A DNA stretch of 64,000 nt, from contig CP169074.1 of NCBI GenBank assembly GCA_041891055.1, forward strand, positions 1,871,031 to 1,935,030, given 5' to 3'. The DNA comes from Halorutilales archaeon Cl-col2-1 (GTDB taxonomy: Archaea > Halobacteriota > Halobacteria > Halobacteriales > Afararchaeaceae). A program made the position numbers and the translations under genes. The notes beneath the pieces were generated by a model. That model was not told the DNA's origin and made no database searches. It worked only from the letters and a program-made list of their open reading frames with translations. This document shows, piece by piece, positions 10,231 to 21,454 of this stretch (its first letter is position 1; every line of letters starts with the position of its first letter).

Positions 10231-11349
10231 TTACGACGTTTCGAGGAGTGCGTCTGCGAGTCTCTCGGGATCGAACTTCTCCAGGTCGTCGTATCCCTGA
10301 CCCGTTCCGAGGAAGAGTATCGGCTTCCCCGTGACCTTCGAGATCGAGATAGCCGCGCCACCCTGTGAGTCGGCGTCAGCCTTAGTGAGGACGGTACCGT
10401 CTATCTCGGCGGCGTCGTTGAACTCCCTCGCCCTGTTGACGGCGTCCTGTCCTGCGACCGCCTCGTCGACGAAGACCGTGAGATCGGGGTCGACCACACG
10501 GTCGATCTTACCCAACTGATCCATGAGATCCTGGGAGGTATGGAGCCTCCCGGCTGTGTCGCCGAGGACGACGTCTATTCCGTTTGCCTCGGCGTACTCG
10601 ACGGCGTCGTATATCACTGCGGCGGGGTCTCCTCCCTTGTCGTGTTTTATGAGCTTCTTTCCGAGGTTCTCGGAGTGCTGCTCTATCTGTTCGTTCGCGC
10701 CCGCCCTGTAGGTGTCTCCGTTGGCGAGTACACTCGATATACCTCTGTCTTCGAGTCTCCTCGCTATCTTGGCGATTGTCGTTGTCTTTCCGACCCCGTT
10801 CACTCCCGTGAAGATCACGACGACGGGCTTGTCGGCTTCTTCGACGTATGTGTCGAACTCCAGACCGTCTACGTCGAGTACGTCGACGAGTGCGTCGTGG
10901 AGAGCCTCGGTGACTATCTCGTCGGTCGACTCCCTCCATTTCCTCTTCTCACCGACTAAGCTCTCCTCGACGTCTTGGGTTATGGTGTCGGCGACGCCGA
11001 CCTCGACGTCGCTCGAAAGAAGTGCTCTCTCTAGCTCCCAGAGAGGGTCTTCGAGGTCTTCCTCCTCTATTATGAAAGACCTCTCAGTGACGAGTGTCTT
11101 AGCCTTCTGAGTGATCGAGGTCGACGACTCCTCGTCTTCGTCTACATCAGACTCCGTCTTCTCTTCGGTCTCCTCCTCAGCCACAGCCTCGGACTTGGCG
11201 GAAGTGGAAGTCTCCTCTTTCTCGGACTCAGAGGTCTCCGTGTCGGTTTCTTCCACAGCCTCGGACTCGACCTCCTCGGCTTTCTCCTCGACGCTCTCGT
11301 CTACGTCGTCACGGAAGCTTGAGAGCTTGTCCTTGAGGCTGTCGAACAT
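10231..11349 (-). CDS. ftsY: signal recognition particle receptor
   Basis: Acidic N-terminus, GVNGVGKTTTIAK, DTYRAGA, DTAGR, TKADAD. Confidence 0.96.
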   Translation of the reverse strand: MFDSLKDKLSSFRDDVDESVEEKAEEVESEAVEETDTETSESEKEETSTSAKSEAVAEEETEEKTESDVDEDEESSTSITQKAKTLVTERSFIIEEEDLEDPLWELERALLSSDVEVGVADTITQDVEESLVGEKRKWRESTDEIVTEALHDALVDVLDVDGLEFDTYVEEADKPVVVIFTGVNGVGKTTTIAKIARRLEDRGISSVLANGDTYRAGANEQIEQHSENLGKKLIKHDKGGDPAAVIYDAVEYAEANGIDVVLGDTAGRLHTSQDLMDQLGKIDRVVDPDLTVFVDEAVAGQDAVNRAREFNDAAEIDGTVLTKADADSQGGAAISISKVTGKPILFLGTGQGYDDLEKFDPERLADALLETS

Positions 11350-11361
11350 CTCTACCTACTC

Positions 11362-11790
11362 CTATTCTTCGTCCTGCTGCATCTGCTGCTGCTGTTGCTG
11401 CTGAGCCATCTGTGCCTGCTGCTGTATCTGCTGTATCTCCTGAGTCTTCTGCTCTATGTTGTCCTCGGCACTCTGTTTCTCTTCCTTGAGGTCGTCTCTC
11501 TTCTTCTCGAGCTTCTCGACAGCCTCCTCGGGTCCGACCTCGACGTTGACTCCCGCGCCTATTCCGACTACGACGTCGTCTACGTTGTCGACAGTCGCGG
11601 GTATGTAGGTGTCGCCTCCGAGAGGTAGAAGGATCTCGGAGCCCTCTTCGAGGTTTTCGAGCGACTCTATCGCGTCGTCACATCCCTCTATCTCGTCTTC
11701 GAGTGTCTCTACGAGTTCGCGGAGTTCTTCTATCTCGCCCGCGAGCTCACTGTACGCCTGCTGTAACTGCTGCTGTTGTTGCATGCTCAT
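11362..11790 (-). CDS. pfdA: prefoldin alpha subunit
   Basis: Coiled coils flanking LLPLGGDTY and VVGIGAGV beta-hairpins; conserved position upstream of ftsY. Confidence 0.92.
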   Translation of the reverse strand: MSMQQQQQLQQAYSELAGEIEELRELVETLEDEIEGCDDAIESLENLEEGSEILLPLGGDTYIPATVDNVDDVVVGIGAGVNVEVGPEEAVEKLEKKRDDLKEEKQSAEDNIEQKTQEIQQIQQQAQMAQQQQQQQMQQDEE

Positions 11791-11816
11791 TTTAATCAGT
11801 CTCCTGTCGTCTTAGT

Positions 11817-12494
11817 TTAGCTGTCTTCGTCTATAAATCCCAGAGCCTCTTCAATCCTTCCAAGCTCTGGTCCTGTCGTCTCGGCTCCAACCACGTACCC
11901 CTTCGAGTTGGCTATAAGACCGCTTCCCACAAGAGGGGTTCCGTAGTTGACCGTACCTATGTCGACGGGCACCTCGAAGACATCTTCGAGATATTCTACC
12001 TCGTCGTCGTTCGACTTGGGATGTACGAGGACGCCCTCGTCTGTCGCCACACCCGCGGAGCCGACGGTATCGAGACCCGCTACGGTTCCCTCGTGAACCT
12101 CGACGCCGAGAACGCCGGCTATCTCGTCCTTCGCATCCTCCGAAAGCTCAGGACTCACGAGGGCGGCGTTGTCGTTCGCTAGGACTGTGTTTCCGACCGC
12201 AGTATGGCGTCCCGATATTCTCTCGACGTTGACCCCGGTAATGTCTCTGATCTCTCTTATCTCCCTGTCCAAGGCGTTAGAAGAAACAGCGATGCCCTCG
12301 GTGTTTCCTTCCGCCATAGTACCGAGGACTGACGAACCGTTGATGGTTCCCGTGTAAACGTTTTCGACGCCGAGTTCGTCGGCGACCTCTTCGGCTCTCG
12401 ACTCGTCTATCTCGGAGGTCACGAGTAGAGATCTGTCTGTCGTGACACCGAAGACGCCTAAGAACGGGCTCCCGTTGAACTCGGCTCTTAACAT
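11817..12494 (-). CDS. eif6: translation initiation factor 6 (aIF6)
   Basis: [49 protein letters not shown]. Confidence 0.95.
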   Translation of the reverse strand: MLRAEFNGSPFLGVFGVTTDRSLLVTSEIDESRAEEVADELGVENVYTGTINGSSVLGTMAEGNTEGIAVSSNALDREIREIRDITGVNVERISGRHTAVGNTVLANDNAALVSPELSEDAKDEIAGVLGVEVHEGTVAGLDTVGSAGVATDEGVLVHPKSNDDEVEYLEDVFEVPVDIGTVNYGTPLVGSGLIANSKGYVVGAETTGPELGRIEEALGFIDEDS

Positions 12495-12503
12495 TAGATT
12501 AGT

Positions 12504-12758
12504 TTACTCAGCTATCTCGGCTTCGACGACTCCGTCGTCGAACTTGGCGGCTCTGACACGTACCTTTGAGGGAGGACTCGAACGTCCGTTCGACCAGACT
12601 TCCTCGTTTATAGACGAGTCGAGGTTGATCTCGTCCTCGTCAGCCTTGAGGTGTTTCGAGAGATGGTCGCGGATGATCTTCATAGCCTCGTCGGCTCTCT
12701 CGTACTTCTTCGCCTTCTTGGCGTCCCTAAGCGGGACGTTCATGACTCTCTCTTCCAT
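12504..12758 (-). CDS. rpl31e: 50S ribosomal protein eL31
   Basis: VPLRDAK...RADEAMKIIR...INEEVWSNG...PPSKVRVR. Confidence 0.95.
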   Translation of the reverse strand: MEERVMNVPLRDAKKAKKYERADEAMKIIRDHLSKHLKADEDEINLDSSINEEVWSNGRSSPPSKVRVRAAKFDDGVVEAEIAE

Positions 12759-12761
12759 TGT

Positions 12762-12914
12762 TTACTCGTCTAGGTCGCTACGTCTCCAGTTCCTTCTCTT
12801 GGGATTCCTCACGACGTCCTGGTTCGTCTTCATTATGACCCACGCAGGAACCCTCGAGTTCTGCTTGTTCGCCTTCGCGAGACGTTTCTTCTTCGCCTTG
12901 TTCTTCTTGGTCAT
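12762..12914 (-). CDS. rpl39e: 50S ribosomal protein eL39
   Basis: [30 protein letters not shown]...RRNWRRSDL; start at ATG 12914. Confidence 0.95.
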   Translation of the reverse strand: MTKKNKAKKKRLAKANKQNSRVPAWVIMKTNQDVVRNPKRRNWRRSDLDE

Positions 12915-12969
12915 GTTGGCGACTATGTCAGCACCACATAAATCTGTTATCTTCCTGTCTCCCACGTAG

Positions 12970-13632
12970 TCAGTCAGTCCTCACGACACCCAGGGTCTCG
13001 CCGTCGCCTGTCGACGAACAAGAATCGACAGTCTCGACTGATATCTTCTCTATCTCTGAGGAGTTGCCCGGTATATCCACCCTGAGCTTGTCCTTCGAAG
13101 TAGTCAGACCCCAGATAACGTCGGGAACTCGGTTGAACGTCCTGACGCTTCTCCCACCGTAACAGACCTCGTACGGTACATCCGTCTGGCGCGGGAGAAC
13201 CGACGGATTACTCACTTCTAAATCACCCACGACGACCGGAAACGCTGCCTCGCCCAACGAACCCCACTTGTTGAACTCCGCCTTGTCGTTCGGGTCTAGG
13301 GAGTAAGATGGATCGGGCTGTACGAAGTCGAAGCCTACGAGGAGTACGCCCACTAGGAGTATTCCGACCACGATTTTCTTGTACGTATCTGTCGTCATCC
13401 TCCACTCCTTGACCCTTCCGAGACCTATGAACCCCAAGACGAGAGGCGGAACAACTACGAGGAAGAACATCGGAGCCGCAAAACCCGTGAAAGACATCAG
13501 CGACCTCACGAAGCCGAGGTAGATCACGAAGCCGACACCGTAGAGCGTCGTAACCGCGTAGTAGTACCCCGTCGTTATCACTAGTCCGAAGCCGAGGAAG
13601 TAGAGGACTGACTCCGTGAGTGGTGACAGCAT
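12970..13632 (-). CDS. hypothetical membrane protein
   Basis: About 4 hydrophobic N-terminal segments plus a small extracellular domain. Confidence 0.65.
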   Translation of the reverse strand: MLSPLTESVLYFLGFGLVITTGYYYAVTTLYGVGFVIYLGFVRSLMSFTGFAAPMFFLVVVPPLVLGFIGLGRVKEWRMTTDTYKKIVVGILLVGVLLVGFDFVQPDPSYSLDPNDKAEFNKWGSLGEAAFPVVVGDLEVSNPSVLPRQTDVPYEVCYGGRSVRTFNRVPDVIWGLTTSKDKLRVDIPGNSSEIEKISVETVDSCSSTGDGETLGVVRTD

Positions 13633-13682
13633 CTGATGGAGTAAGAACGCGGTGAGACCGGAGAAAGCTTACGGTTTAAGAT

Positions 13683-14846
13683 TTAGAGCTCCTTGAAGAA
13701 GCTCTTGACACCTCTCTTCGCTCCTCTAACCGAAGCTATGTGTCTCGCTGCGACCGTCTTCTTGAGGAGGCGCGCTGCGACCCCGCCGAAGACATTTCCG
13801 TTCACCATAGCGACCGCCTCACGTCCCACAGAGACGAGCGTCCCGGGGTCGTTTAGCTCTAACTCCTTGAGGCCGTCGCCGTCTATCTTCCTCAGTATGT
13901 TCTCGGCACATACGTCCGCCTCGTCCTCCGCCGCCCAAGCCGTCTGTGGTGCTCTGTTTCCGTTGGTGTCTTCGACAGCCGCAGCGTCTCCTATTACGAA
14001 TACGTCGTCGGCGTCGACCGACTCGAGGTACTCGTCGACCTTGAAGGCGTTTCTCTCGGCGTCCTCGGTCTCTATGTCGATGTCGAACTCCCTCGCCGTC
14101 AGACCGCCCGCCCAGATCAGCATGTCGTACTCTATCGGGTCACCCTCGTCAAGACGCACCTCGTTGTCGGTGACCTCGGTTATGGGGTCGCCCGTCTTCG
14201 TCTGTATCCCCTTCGAGCGCAGGAGTCTCTTTATATGTGACCTCAGACGGTCGTCGACGCTGGGTCCCGGCATGACCTCGTCGAGAGCCTCTATTATGTT
14301 CACAGTAACTTCCCCTTCCCTGACCTCTGCGTCGTCTATGACGTCTGCTATCTCTCCCGCCGTCTGTATACCTGAGAGACCCGCCCCTCCGATGACGACA
14401 CGTTTCTCGGCACCCTCCTTCGCCTCCTCGACTATCTCCTCTAGCTCGTGTCTTATGCTGAAGCCGTCGCCGAGGCTCCGGAGAGTGTGGGCATTCTCCT
14501 CCATCCCCGGAATTCCGTAGAAAGCAGTACGCTGTCCGAGTGCTATAACGAGGTAGTCGTACTCGATCTCGTCGTCTTCTAAGACAACCTTCTTCTCCTC
14601 GAACTCGAATCCCTCGACCTCCGACTCGACGAATTTCTCCCTATCCTTCTTTATCTCGTCCATGGGTATGGCAATCTCCTCGTCGACCGACGGGTCGTAT
14701 ATGACTCTGTGAACTTCGTGGCGCACGAGGTGGTAGTCGTTCTTGTCGATCCAGACGATCTCGTCGTTGTCGTCGAGGCTACTCCTGAGACGTTTAACCA
14801 CGGTCGCGCCCCCGTATCCCGCGCCGAGAACTACTACCCTGTTCAT
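13683..14846 (-). CDS. ndh: type II NADH dehydrogenase-like FAD oxidoreductase
   Basis: VVLGAGYGG, YDYLVIALG, VIGGAGLSGIQTAGE, FVIGDAA. Confidence 0.85.
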   Translation of the reverse strand: MNRVVVLGAGYGGATVVKRLRSSLDDNDEIVWIDKNDYHLVRHEVHRVIYDPSVDEEIAIPMDEIKKDREKFVESEVEGFEFEEKKVVLEDDEIEYDYLVIALGQRTAFYGIPGMEENAHTLRSLGDGFSIRHELEEIVEEAKEGAEKRVVIGGAGLSGIQTAGEIADVIDDAEVREGEVTVNIIEALDEVMPGPSVDDRLRSHIKRLLRSKGIQTKTGDPITEVTDNEVRLDEGDPIEYDMLIWAGGLTAREFDIDIETEDAERNAFKVDEYLESVDADDVFVIGDAAAVEDTNGNRAPQTAWAAEDEADVCAENILRKIDGDGLKELELNDPGTLVSVGREAVAMVNGNVFGGVAARLLKKTVAARHIASVRGAKRGVKSFFKEL

Positions 14847-14980
14847 ATACCTTTTAGAGTCTTGACCACAAAACGTCTATCGGTAGGAATCAACTCACTA
14901 CTATCGATTGTGTATATCTATCTATCGTTGCAATTCGGGAAGTATGTAAACAGTCCCCAAGGCATCGAAATAAAGCAAGA

Positions 14981-14990
14981 GTTTTATTAT
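14981..14990 (+). promoter_or_regulatory. candidate TATA box of the RNA polymerase operon
   Basis: TTTTATTATA preceded by a purine-rich BRE-like stretch about 50 nt upstream of rpoH. Confidence 0.4.
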
Positions 14991-15039
14991 ACCGATCCCC
15001 GATATACACAGTGGAACAGACTTTTTCACGGGAGAAAGA

Positions 15040-15279
15040 ATGAGCACGTTCAACGTCACTGACCACGACATGGCGCCCGAGCACATCTTGCTCGACGACG
15101 ACGAGGTCGAGGAGGTTCTGGAGAGGTACGATCTCGAAAAGCCCGAGCTCCCCAAGATACGGGAGAGCGACGCCGGCTTGTCGAACCTCGACGCCGAGGT
15201 CGGCGACGTCATCAAGATTGTCAGGGAGTCGTGGACTACCGACAGAGCCGTCACATACAGACTTGTCATAGAGGACTAA
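15040..15279 (+). CDS. rpoH: RNA polymerase subunit H (Rpo5)
   Basis: DHDMAPEH, LPKIRESD, GDVIKIVRES, YRLVI. Confidence 0.95.
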   Translation: MSTFNVTDHDMAPEHILLDDDEVEEVLERYDLEKPELPKIRESDAGLSNLDAEVGDVIKIVRESWTTDRAVTYRLVIED

Positions 15280-15286
15280 AACAAAA

Positions 15287-16915
15287 ATGAGCTTGGACAG
15301 AGGAAAGCTAGCCGACGCTTACTTCGGACAGGAACGCCTCGCACAGCACCATATCTCGTCGTTCAACAACTTCCTTGAACACGGGATGCAGAGGGTTGTC
15401 GACGAGCAGGAGACGATAGATACCGACATAGGTGAGAAGGAGGGTGAGGAAGAGGTCTACATAAAGCTCGGAGAGGTCGAGGTCGGAACACCTATGGTGA
15501 GAGAGGCAGATGGAAGCGAGGAGACACTCTACCCGCAGGAGTCGCGTCTCAGGAACATAAGTTACAGCGCGCCTCTGAGGATGGAGATGCAGATCGTCGA
15601 GGGCGACTACGAACACGAGCCCGTCAAGACGACTATAGGCAAGATGCCTATAATGATAAAGAGTAAGAACTGTAACCTCGCGGGACTCGACGACGACGAG
15701 CTAGTCAAGACAGGAGAGGACCCCGTTGACCCCGGAGGCTACTTCATAGTCAACGGGAGCGAGCGTGTCCTGATGACGAGCGAGGATCTCGCGCCCAACA
15801 CTATACTCGCCGAGAAAGACACTAAGTACGGCGACGATATACAGGTCGCGAAGGTCTTCTCACACAGACAGGGATACCGCGCCCTCGTGACTGTCGAGAG
15901 AGGACGTGATTCGCTCCTCAACGTCGGATTCCCGAGCGTCTCGAACGACATAAACTTCGTCACACTCGTACGTGCTCTCGGACTTGAGACCGACGAGGAG
16001 ATAGTCAACTCTGTCTCTAACGACCCCGAGATAGTCAAGTTCATGCTCGAAAATCTCGAAGAGGCGGAGGTTCAGACACAGGAGGAGGCGATGGAACTCC
16101 TAGGCGAGAAGGTCGCGAGCGGACAGGCGAAGGACTACCAGAGAAAGCGCGCCGACTACGTCATAGACAGATATCTACTCCCTCATCTCGAGGACGTCAG
16201 TGAGAACGACGAGGAGGTCAGGATAGCGAAGGCGCATTACCTCTGCCGTATGGCGGAGACGTGTTTCGAGCTCGCACTCGGCAGGAGGGAGCCCGACGAC
16301 AAGGATCATTACTCGAACAAACGTCTCAAGATATCCGGAGACCTGATGCAGGATCTCTTCCGTGTCGCTCTCAACAAGCTCGCGCGCGACGTCAAGTACC
16401 AGCTCGAACGTGCCAACATGAGAAACCGCGAGCTACGTGTCGACACCGTCGTCCGTAGCGACGTACTCACCGAGAGACTCGAACATCCACTCGCTACGGG
16501 TAACTGGGTCGGAGGACGTACTGGTGTCGCACAGCTTCTCGACAGGTCGAACCACATGGCGATACTGAGCCATCTCAGACGTGTCGTCTCACCCCTCTCA
16601 CGCGGACAGCCCCATTTCGAGGCGCGCGACCTACATCCGACACAGTGGGGACGTATCTGCCCGGGTGAGACACCAGAGGGACCTAACTGTGGACTCGTGA
16701 AGAACTTCGCCCAGTCGGTCGAGATATCGAAGGGGCTTGAAGACGACACACACGTACGTGACACACTCTCCGACCTCGGAGTCGAGAGGATACATACTTC
16801 GCCGACCTCCTCGGACGCAGGAGCTGAGTCTGACTCCGAGTCCGAGGCAGAGGCGGAGGAGTCCAACGACGTCGAAACCGAAGAGATTCCCGAGACAGAG
16901 GAAGCAGAAGCATAA
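15287..16915 (+). CDS. rpoB2: RNA polymerase subunit B'' (Rpo2N)
   Basis: DPGGYFIVNGSERV, ARDLHPTQWGRICPGETPEGPNCGLVKN. Confidence 0.97.
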   Translation: MSLDRGKLADAYFGQERLAQHHISSFNNFLEHGMQRVVDEQETIDTDIGEKEGEEEVYIKLGEVEVGTPMVREADGSEETLYPQESRLRNISYSAPLRMEMQIVEGDYEHEPVKTTIGKMPIMIKSKNCNLAGLDDDELVKTGEDPVDPGGYFIVNGSERVLMTSEDLAPNTILAEKDTKYGDDIQVAKVFSHRQGYRALVTVERGRDSLLNVGFPSVSNDINFVTLVRALGLETDEEIVNSVSNDPEIVKFMLENLEEAEVQTQEEAMELLGEKVASGQAKDYQRKRADYVIDRYLLPHLEDVSENDEEVRIAKAHYLCRMAETCFELALGRREPDDKDHYSNKRLKISGDLMQDLFRVALNKLARDVKYQLERANMRNRELRVDTVVRSDVLTERLEHPLATGNWVGGRTGVAQLLDRSNHMAILSHLRRVVSPLSRGQPHFEARDLHPTQWGRICPGETPEGPNCGLVKNFAQSVEISKGLEDDTHVRDTLSDLGVERIHTSPTSSDAGAESDSESEAEAEESNDVETEEIPETEEAEA

Positions 16916-16924
16916 CAATATAAC

Positions 16925-18748
16925 ATGAGTTCGGAAACCTCGAAAGTATACATAGACGGAAGTCTCGTAGGAACCCACGAGAGACCCGAGGATCTCGTAG
17001 AGAGCCTCAGGCAGGAGAGAAGACGCGGAAACATAAGCGACCAGGTCAATATATCGATAGACAAACGCACGAAGGAGGTCTTCGTCGACACCGGACCCGG
17101 AAGGGCACGCCGCCCTCTAGTAGTCGTCGAGGACGGTGAGCCTCTCGTCACACAGGAACACATAGACGCGCTCGAAAACGACGAGATAGAGTTCGAGGAT
17201 CTCGTCGAGAAGGGGTACGTCGAGTACATAGACGGAAACGAGGAGGAAGACCTCCTGATCGCCGTAGACGAGGACGAGCTTACCGAGAACCACACCCACC
17301 TCGAACTCTACCCGTCGCTAATATTCGGAATCTGTGCGGGAATGATCCCGTACCCCGAACACAACGCCTCGCCACGTATAACCATGGGAGCGGGAATGGT
17401 GAAGCAGTCGCTGGGTCTTCCGGCGGCGAACTACCGAGTCCGTTCGGACACTCAGTCGAACCTTCTCCATTACCCACAGCTCTCGATGGTCACGACACAG
17501 ACATCGGAGTCGATAGGCTACGACGACCGTCCTGCGGCACAGAACTTCGTCGTCGCGGTGATGTCTTACGAGGGCTTCAACATTGAGGATGCCCTCATAC
17601 TCAACCAGGGAAGCGTCGACAGGGCACTTGCGCGTTCACACTTCTTCCGTATGTACGAGGCGGAGGAACGCGGCTACCCCGGTGGACAGGAAGACAGATT
17701 CGAGATTCCTGAAGATGACGTCCGTGGACACAAGGGAGAGGACGCCTACACACACTTAGACGACGACGGACTCGTAAACCCTGAGACTGAGGTCGGACAG
17801 AGCGAGGTTCTCGTCGGCAAGACTTCACCGCCGCGTTTCTTAGAGGAGCCCGACACGATGGCGGGTCTGTCGCCCCAGAAGAGACGTGAGACGAGTGTGA
17901 CGATGAGGTCGAACGAGAAGGGAATCGTCGACACGGTGATGCTGATGGAGGGTCAGGAGGGCAACAAGGTCGCGAAGGTACGTGTGAGGGATGAGAGAAT
18001 TCCCGAACTCGGAGACAAGTTCGCCTCGAAACACGGACAGAAGGGTATCACGGGACATATAGCTCCACAGGAGGACATGCCCTTCACCGAGGACGGCATA
18101 ACACCCGATCTGATCATAAACCCCCACGCGCTCCCGTCACGTATGACTGTGGGGCACGTCTTAGAGATGCTCGGCGGAAAGGTCGGTGCTCTCGAAGGAA
18201 GACGTATAGACGGAACTGCCTTCACGGGTGAGGACGAGGAAGATCTCAGAGAGTCGCTCGAGGAACGCGGATTCAAGTCGTCGGGCAAACAGACGATGCA
18301 CTCGGGTATCACGGGCGAGAAGATAGACGCCGAGATATACACCGGAATCATTCTCTACCAGAAGCTCCACCACATGGTGAGCAAGAAGATACACGCGCGC
18401 TCACACGGTCCCGTCCAGGTTCTGACACGTCAGCCCACCGAGGGACGTGCGAGAGAGGGTGGTCTACGTATAGGAGAGATGGAGCGCGACGTCCTGATAG
18501 GACACGGCGCTGCACTCACACTCAAGGATCGTCTCCTCGACGAGTCGGATCGTGAGATGATCTACGTCTGTTCGAACTGTGGAATGACTGCGACAGAGGA
18601 CGTACGTCAGAACCGCGTCTACTGTCCCAACTGTGACTCGGAGACAGGAATACACGAGGTCGAGATGAGCTACGCCTTCAAGCTACTACTCGACGAGATG
18701 AAGTCGCTCGGAATAGCACCGCGCCTCGACCTAGAGGACGCGGTTTAG
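16925..18748 (+). CDS. rpoB1: RNA polymerase subunit B' (Rpo2C)
   Basis: [34 protein letters not shown]-terminal Zn ribbon. Confidence 0.97.
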   Translation: MSSETSKVYIDGSLVGTHERPEDLVESLRQERRRGNISDQVNISIDKRTKEVFVDTGPGRARRPLVVVEDGEPLVTQEHIDALENDEIEFEDLVEKGYVEYIDGNEEEDLLIAVDEDELTENHTHLELYPSLIFGICAGMIPYPEHNASPRITMGAGMVKQSLGLPAANYRVRSDTQSNLLHYPQLSMVTTQTSESIGYDDRPAAQNFVVAVMSYEGFNIEDALILNQGSVDRALARSHFFRMYEAEERGYPGGQEDRFEIPEDDVRGHKGEDAYTHLDDDGLVNPETEVGQSEVLVGKTSPPRFLEEPDTMAGLSPQKRRETSVTMRSNEKGIVDTVMLMEGQEGNKVAKVRVRDERIPELGDKFASKHGQKGITGHIAPQEDMPFTEDGITPDLIINPHALPSRMTVGHVLEMLGGKVGALEGRRIDGTAFTGEDEEDLRESLEERGFKSSGKQTMHSGITGEKIDAEIYTGIILYQKLHHMVSKKIHARSHGPVQVLTRQPTEGRAREGGLRIGEMERDVLIGHGAALTLKDRLLDESDREMIYVCSNCGMTATEDVRQNRVYCPNCDSETGIHEVEMSYAFKLLLDEMKSLGIAPRLDLEDAV

Positions 18749-18773
18749 GTTAAACCAACTAACAACAATAATT

Positions 18774-21428
18774 ATGAGTACGAACACAAGTCCCAAGAAG
18801 ATTAACTCGATCGACTTTGGGCTAATGAGTCCCCAGTCGTACCGTGATATGAGCGTCACGAAGATAATCACGGCTGACACTTACGACGACGATGGCTTCC
18901 CGATAGACATGGGTCTGATGGATCCACGTCTCGGCGTCATAGATCCGGGTCTCCAGTGCAAGACGTGTGGGAAACGGTCGGGTCAGTGTGAAGGACACTT
19001 TGGACACATAGAGCTCGCCGCGCCCGTGATACACGTCGGCTTCTCGAAGCTCATCAGACGTCTCCTCAGAGGTACATGCAGGGAGTGTTCACGACTACTC
19101 CTCACAGAGGATCAGAAAGACGAGTTCGACGAGAAGCTTGAGAAGACGAGGTCGTTCAACCAGGATCTCAGCGATGTCACCAAGAGTGCTATAAGGGCGG
19201 CGAGGAAGAACGACTTCTGTCCCTACTGTGGTGAGGAACAGAAGAAGATCAAACACGAGAAGCCGACGACCTACTACGAGGACGGTCACAAGCTGATGCC
19301 GTCGGACGTCAGAGACCGTCTCGAACGTATACCCGACGACGACCTCGAAGCCATAGGCATAGACGCCGAGGACTCACGTCCCGAGTGGATGATTCTCACA
19401 GTCCTCCCCGTACCTCCCGTGACCGCACGTCCGTCGATAACACTCGACAACGGACAGAGAAGCGAGGACGACCTCACCCACAAGCTCGTCGACATAATAC
19501 GTATCAACCAGAGATTCATGGAGAACCGAGAGGCGGGATCGCCCCAGCTCATCATAGAGGATCTCTGGGAGCTTCTCCAGTACCACGTCACGACCTTCAT
19601 GGACAACGAGATATCGGGTACTCCTCCCGCACGCCACAGGTCGGGGAGACCCCTCAAGACACTCTCCCAGAGGCTCAAGGGCAAGGAGGGACGTTTCAGA
19701 GGCTCTCTCTCCGGAAAACGTGTCAACTTCTCTTCGCGTACAGTCATCTCTCCCGATCCGACTCTCTCGGTCAACGAGATAGGAGTTCCCGAGAGCATAG
19801 CCAAGGAGATGACACAGAGCATGACCGTCACCCACAACAACATAGAGGAGGCGGTCGAGTACGTACGTCGTGGTCCCGAGAACCACCCCGGTGCGAACTA
19901 CGTCAAGAGGAGCGACGGAAGACGTCTCAAGGTCACCGACACGAACTCCGAGAACCTCGCAGAGAGGATGCTCGAGGAGGACGACGACGGCAACATACGT
20001 GGCATCGGATGGACGGTCGACAGACAGCTCAAGGACGGCGACATAGTACTCTTCAACCGACAGCCCTCGCTCCATCGCATGTCGATGATGGCACACGAGG
20101 TCGTCGTGATGCCCCACAAGACCTTCAGGCTCAACACGACGGTCTGTCCGCCGTACAACGCCGACTTCGACGGCGACGAGATGAACATGCATGTCCTCCA
20201 GAGCGAGGAGGCGCGTGCCGAGGCGCGTATACTCATGAGGGTTCAGGAACACATACTCTCACCGCGTTTCGGAGGTCCGATAGTCGGAGCGATACAGGAT
20301 CACATCTCGGGACTCTACCTCCTCACACACGGAGAGAGACAGTTCGACGAGTCGGCGGCACTTGACCTCCTGAGGATGACGACGGTCGACAACCTACCCG
20401 AGCCCGACGGAACCGAGGACGGCGACGAGTACTGGACCGGAAAGACGATCTTCTCGCTCATACTCCCCGAAGGTCTCGACATGGAGTTCGAGTCGTCGGC
20501 AGGTGACACCGTCGTAATCGAGGACGGCGAGCTACTCGACGGCACTATAGACGAGAACGCGATGGGAAGCTTTGTCGGAGAGATAATAGACCTCGTAACC
20601 AAGGTCTACGGTGAGTCACGTTCGGCTCAGCTAATAGACGACGCATCGTCGCTCGCTATACGCGCTATAATGCATTTCGGCTTCTCGTTCGGAATCGACG
20701 ACGAGGATCTCCCCGAGGAGGCACACGAGGAGATAGACGCCTCTATAGTCGAAGCCGAGAAGGAGGCAGAACGTCTCATAGAGACCTACGAACGCGGCGA
20801 GCTAGAGTCGCTCCCGGGACGTACTCTTGAGGAGACACTTGAGATGAAGATAATGCAGGCTCTCGGAAAGGCACGTGACTCGGCGGGAGAGATAGCCGAG
20901 GACTACCTCGAAGAGGACAACCCCGCCGTCGTGATGGCGGAGTCAGGAGCACGTGGATCGATGCTCAACCTCACACAGATGGCAGGCTGTGTCGGACAGC
21001 AGGCTGTGAGAGGCGAACGCATAAACAGGGGATACGAGAACAGGACTCTTCCTCATTTCGAGGAGGGTGACCTGTCGTCCGACGCGCGCGGCTTCGTCGA
21101 GCACTCGTACAAGGAAGGTCTCGAACCCAAGGAGTTCTTCTTCCATTCGATGGGAGGACGTGAGGGACTCGTCGACACTGCGGTTCGTACCTCGAAGTCG
21201 GGATACCTCCAGCGCAGACTCATAAACGCGCTCCAGGAGATAGAGGCACAGTACGACGGAACCGTCCGTACTACGAACGGCGACATGGTTCAGTTCGAGT
21301 ACGGAGAGGACGGTACAGATCCGATGAAGATGCCGAAGGGAGAGGAGATAGACGTCGATGCGGTCGTCGACAGAGTCCTCGAAGCCGAGTTCGACGACGA
21401 AGAGCCCGAGTTCGTGAGCGGCGACTAA
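18774..21428 (+). CDS. rpoA1: RNA polymerase subunit A' (Rpo1N)
   Basis: Catalytic YNADFDGDEMN, GHFGHIELA, GREGLVDTAVRTS. Confidence 0.98.
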   Translation: MSTNTSPKKINSIDFGLMSPQSYRDMSVTKIITADTYDDDGFPIDMGLMDPRLGVIDPGLQCKTCGKRSGQCEGHFGHIELAAPVIHVGFSKLIRRLLRGTCRECSRLLLTEDQKDEFDEKLEKTRSFNQDLSDVTKSAIRAARKNDFCPYCGEEQKKIKHEKPTTYYEDGHKLMPSDVRDRLERIPDDDLEAIGIDAEDSRPEWMILTVLPVPPVTARPSITLDNGQRSEDDLTHKLVDIIRINQRFMENREAGSPQLIIEDLWELLQYHVTTFMDNEISGTPPARHRSGRPLKTLSQRLKGKEGRFRGSLSGKRVNFSSRTVISPDPTLSVNEIGVPESIAKEMTQSMTVTHNNIEEAVEYVRRGPENHPGANYVKRSDGRRLKVTDTNSENLAERMLEEDDDGNIRGIGWTVDRQLKDGDIVLFNRQPSLHRMSMMAHEVVVMPHKTFRLNTTVCPPYNADFDGDEMNMHVLQSEEARAEARILMRVQEHILSPRFGGPIVGAIQDHISGLYLLTHGERQFDESAALDLLRMTTVDNLPEPDGTEDGDEYWTGKTIFSLILPEGLDMEFESSAGDTVVIEDGELLDGTIDENAMGSFVGEIIDLVTKVYGESRSAQLIDDASSLAIRAIMHFGFSFGIDDEDLPEEAHEEIDASIVEAEKEAERLIETYERGELESLPGRTLEETLEMKIMQALGKARDSAGEIAEDYLEEDNPAVVMAESGARGSMLNLTQMAGCVGQQAVRGERINRGYENRTLPHFEEGDLSSDARGFVEHSYKEGLEPKEFFFHSMGGREGLVDTAVRTSKSGYLQRRLINALQEIEAQYDGTVRTTNGDMVQFEYGEDGTDPMKMPKGEEIDVDAVVDRVLEAEFDDEEPEFVSGD

Positions 21429-21454
21429 AATAAGAGTAAGAGAGTGATAAAAAC

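Noticed and set aside
11362-11790. CAG/poly-Gln tracts at both ends of prefoldin alpha
   Set aside because: Gln-rich termini are common in haloarchaeal PfdA, and the tracts are short and interrupted.
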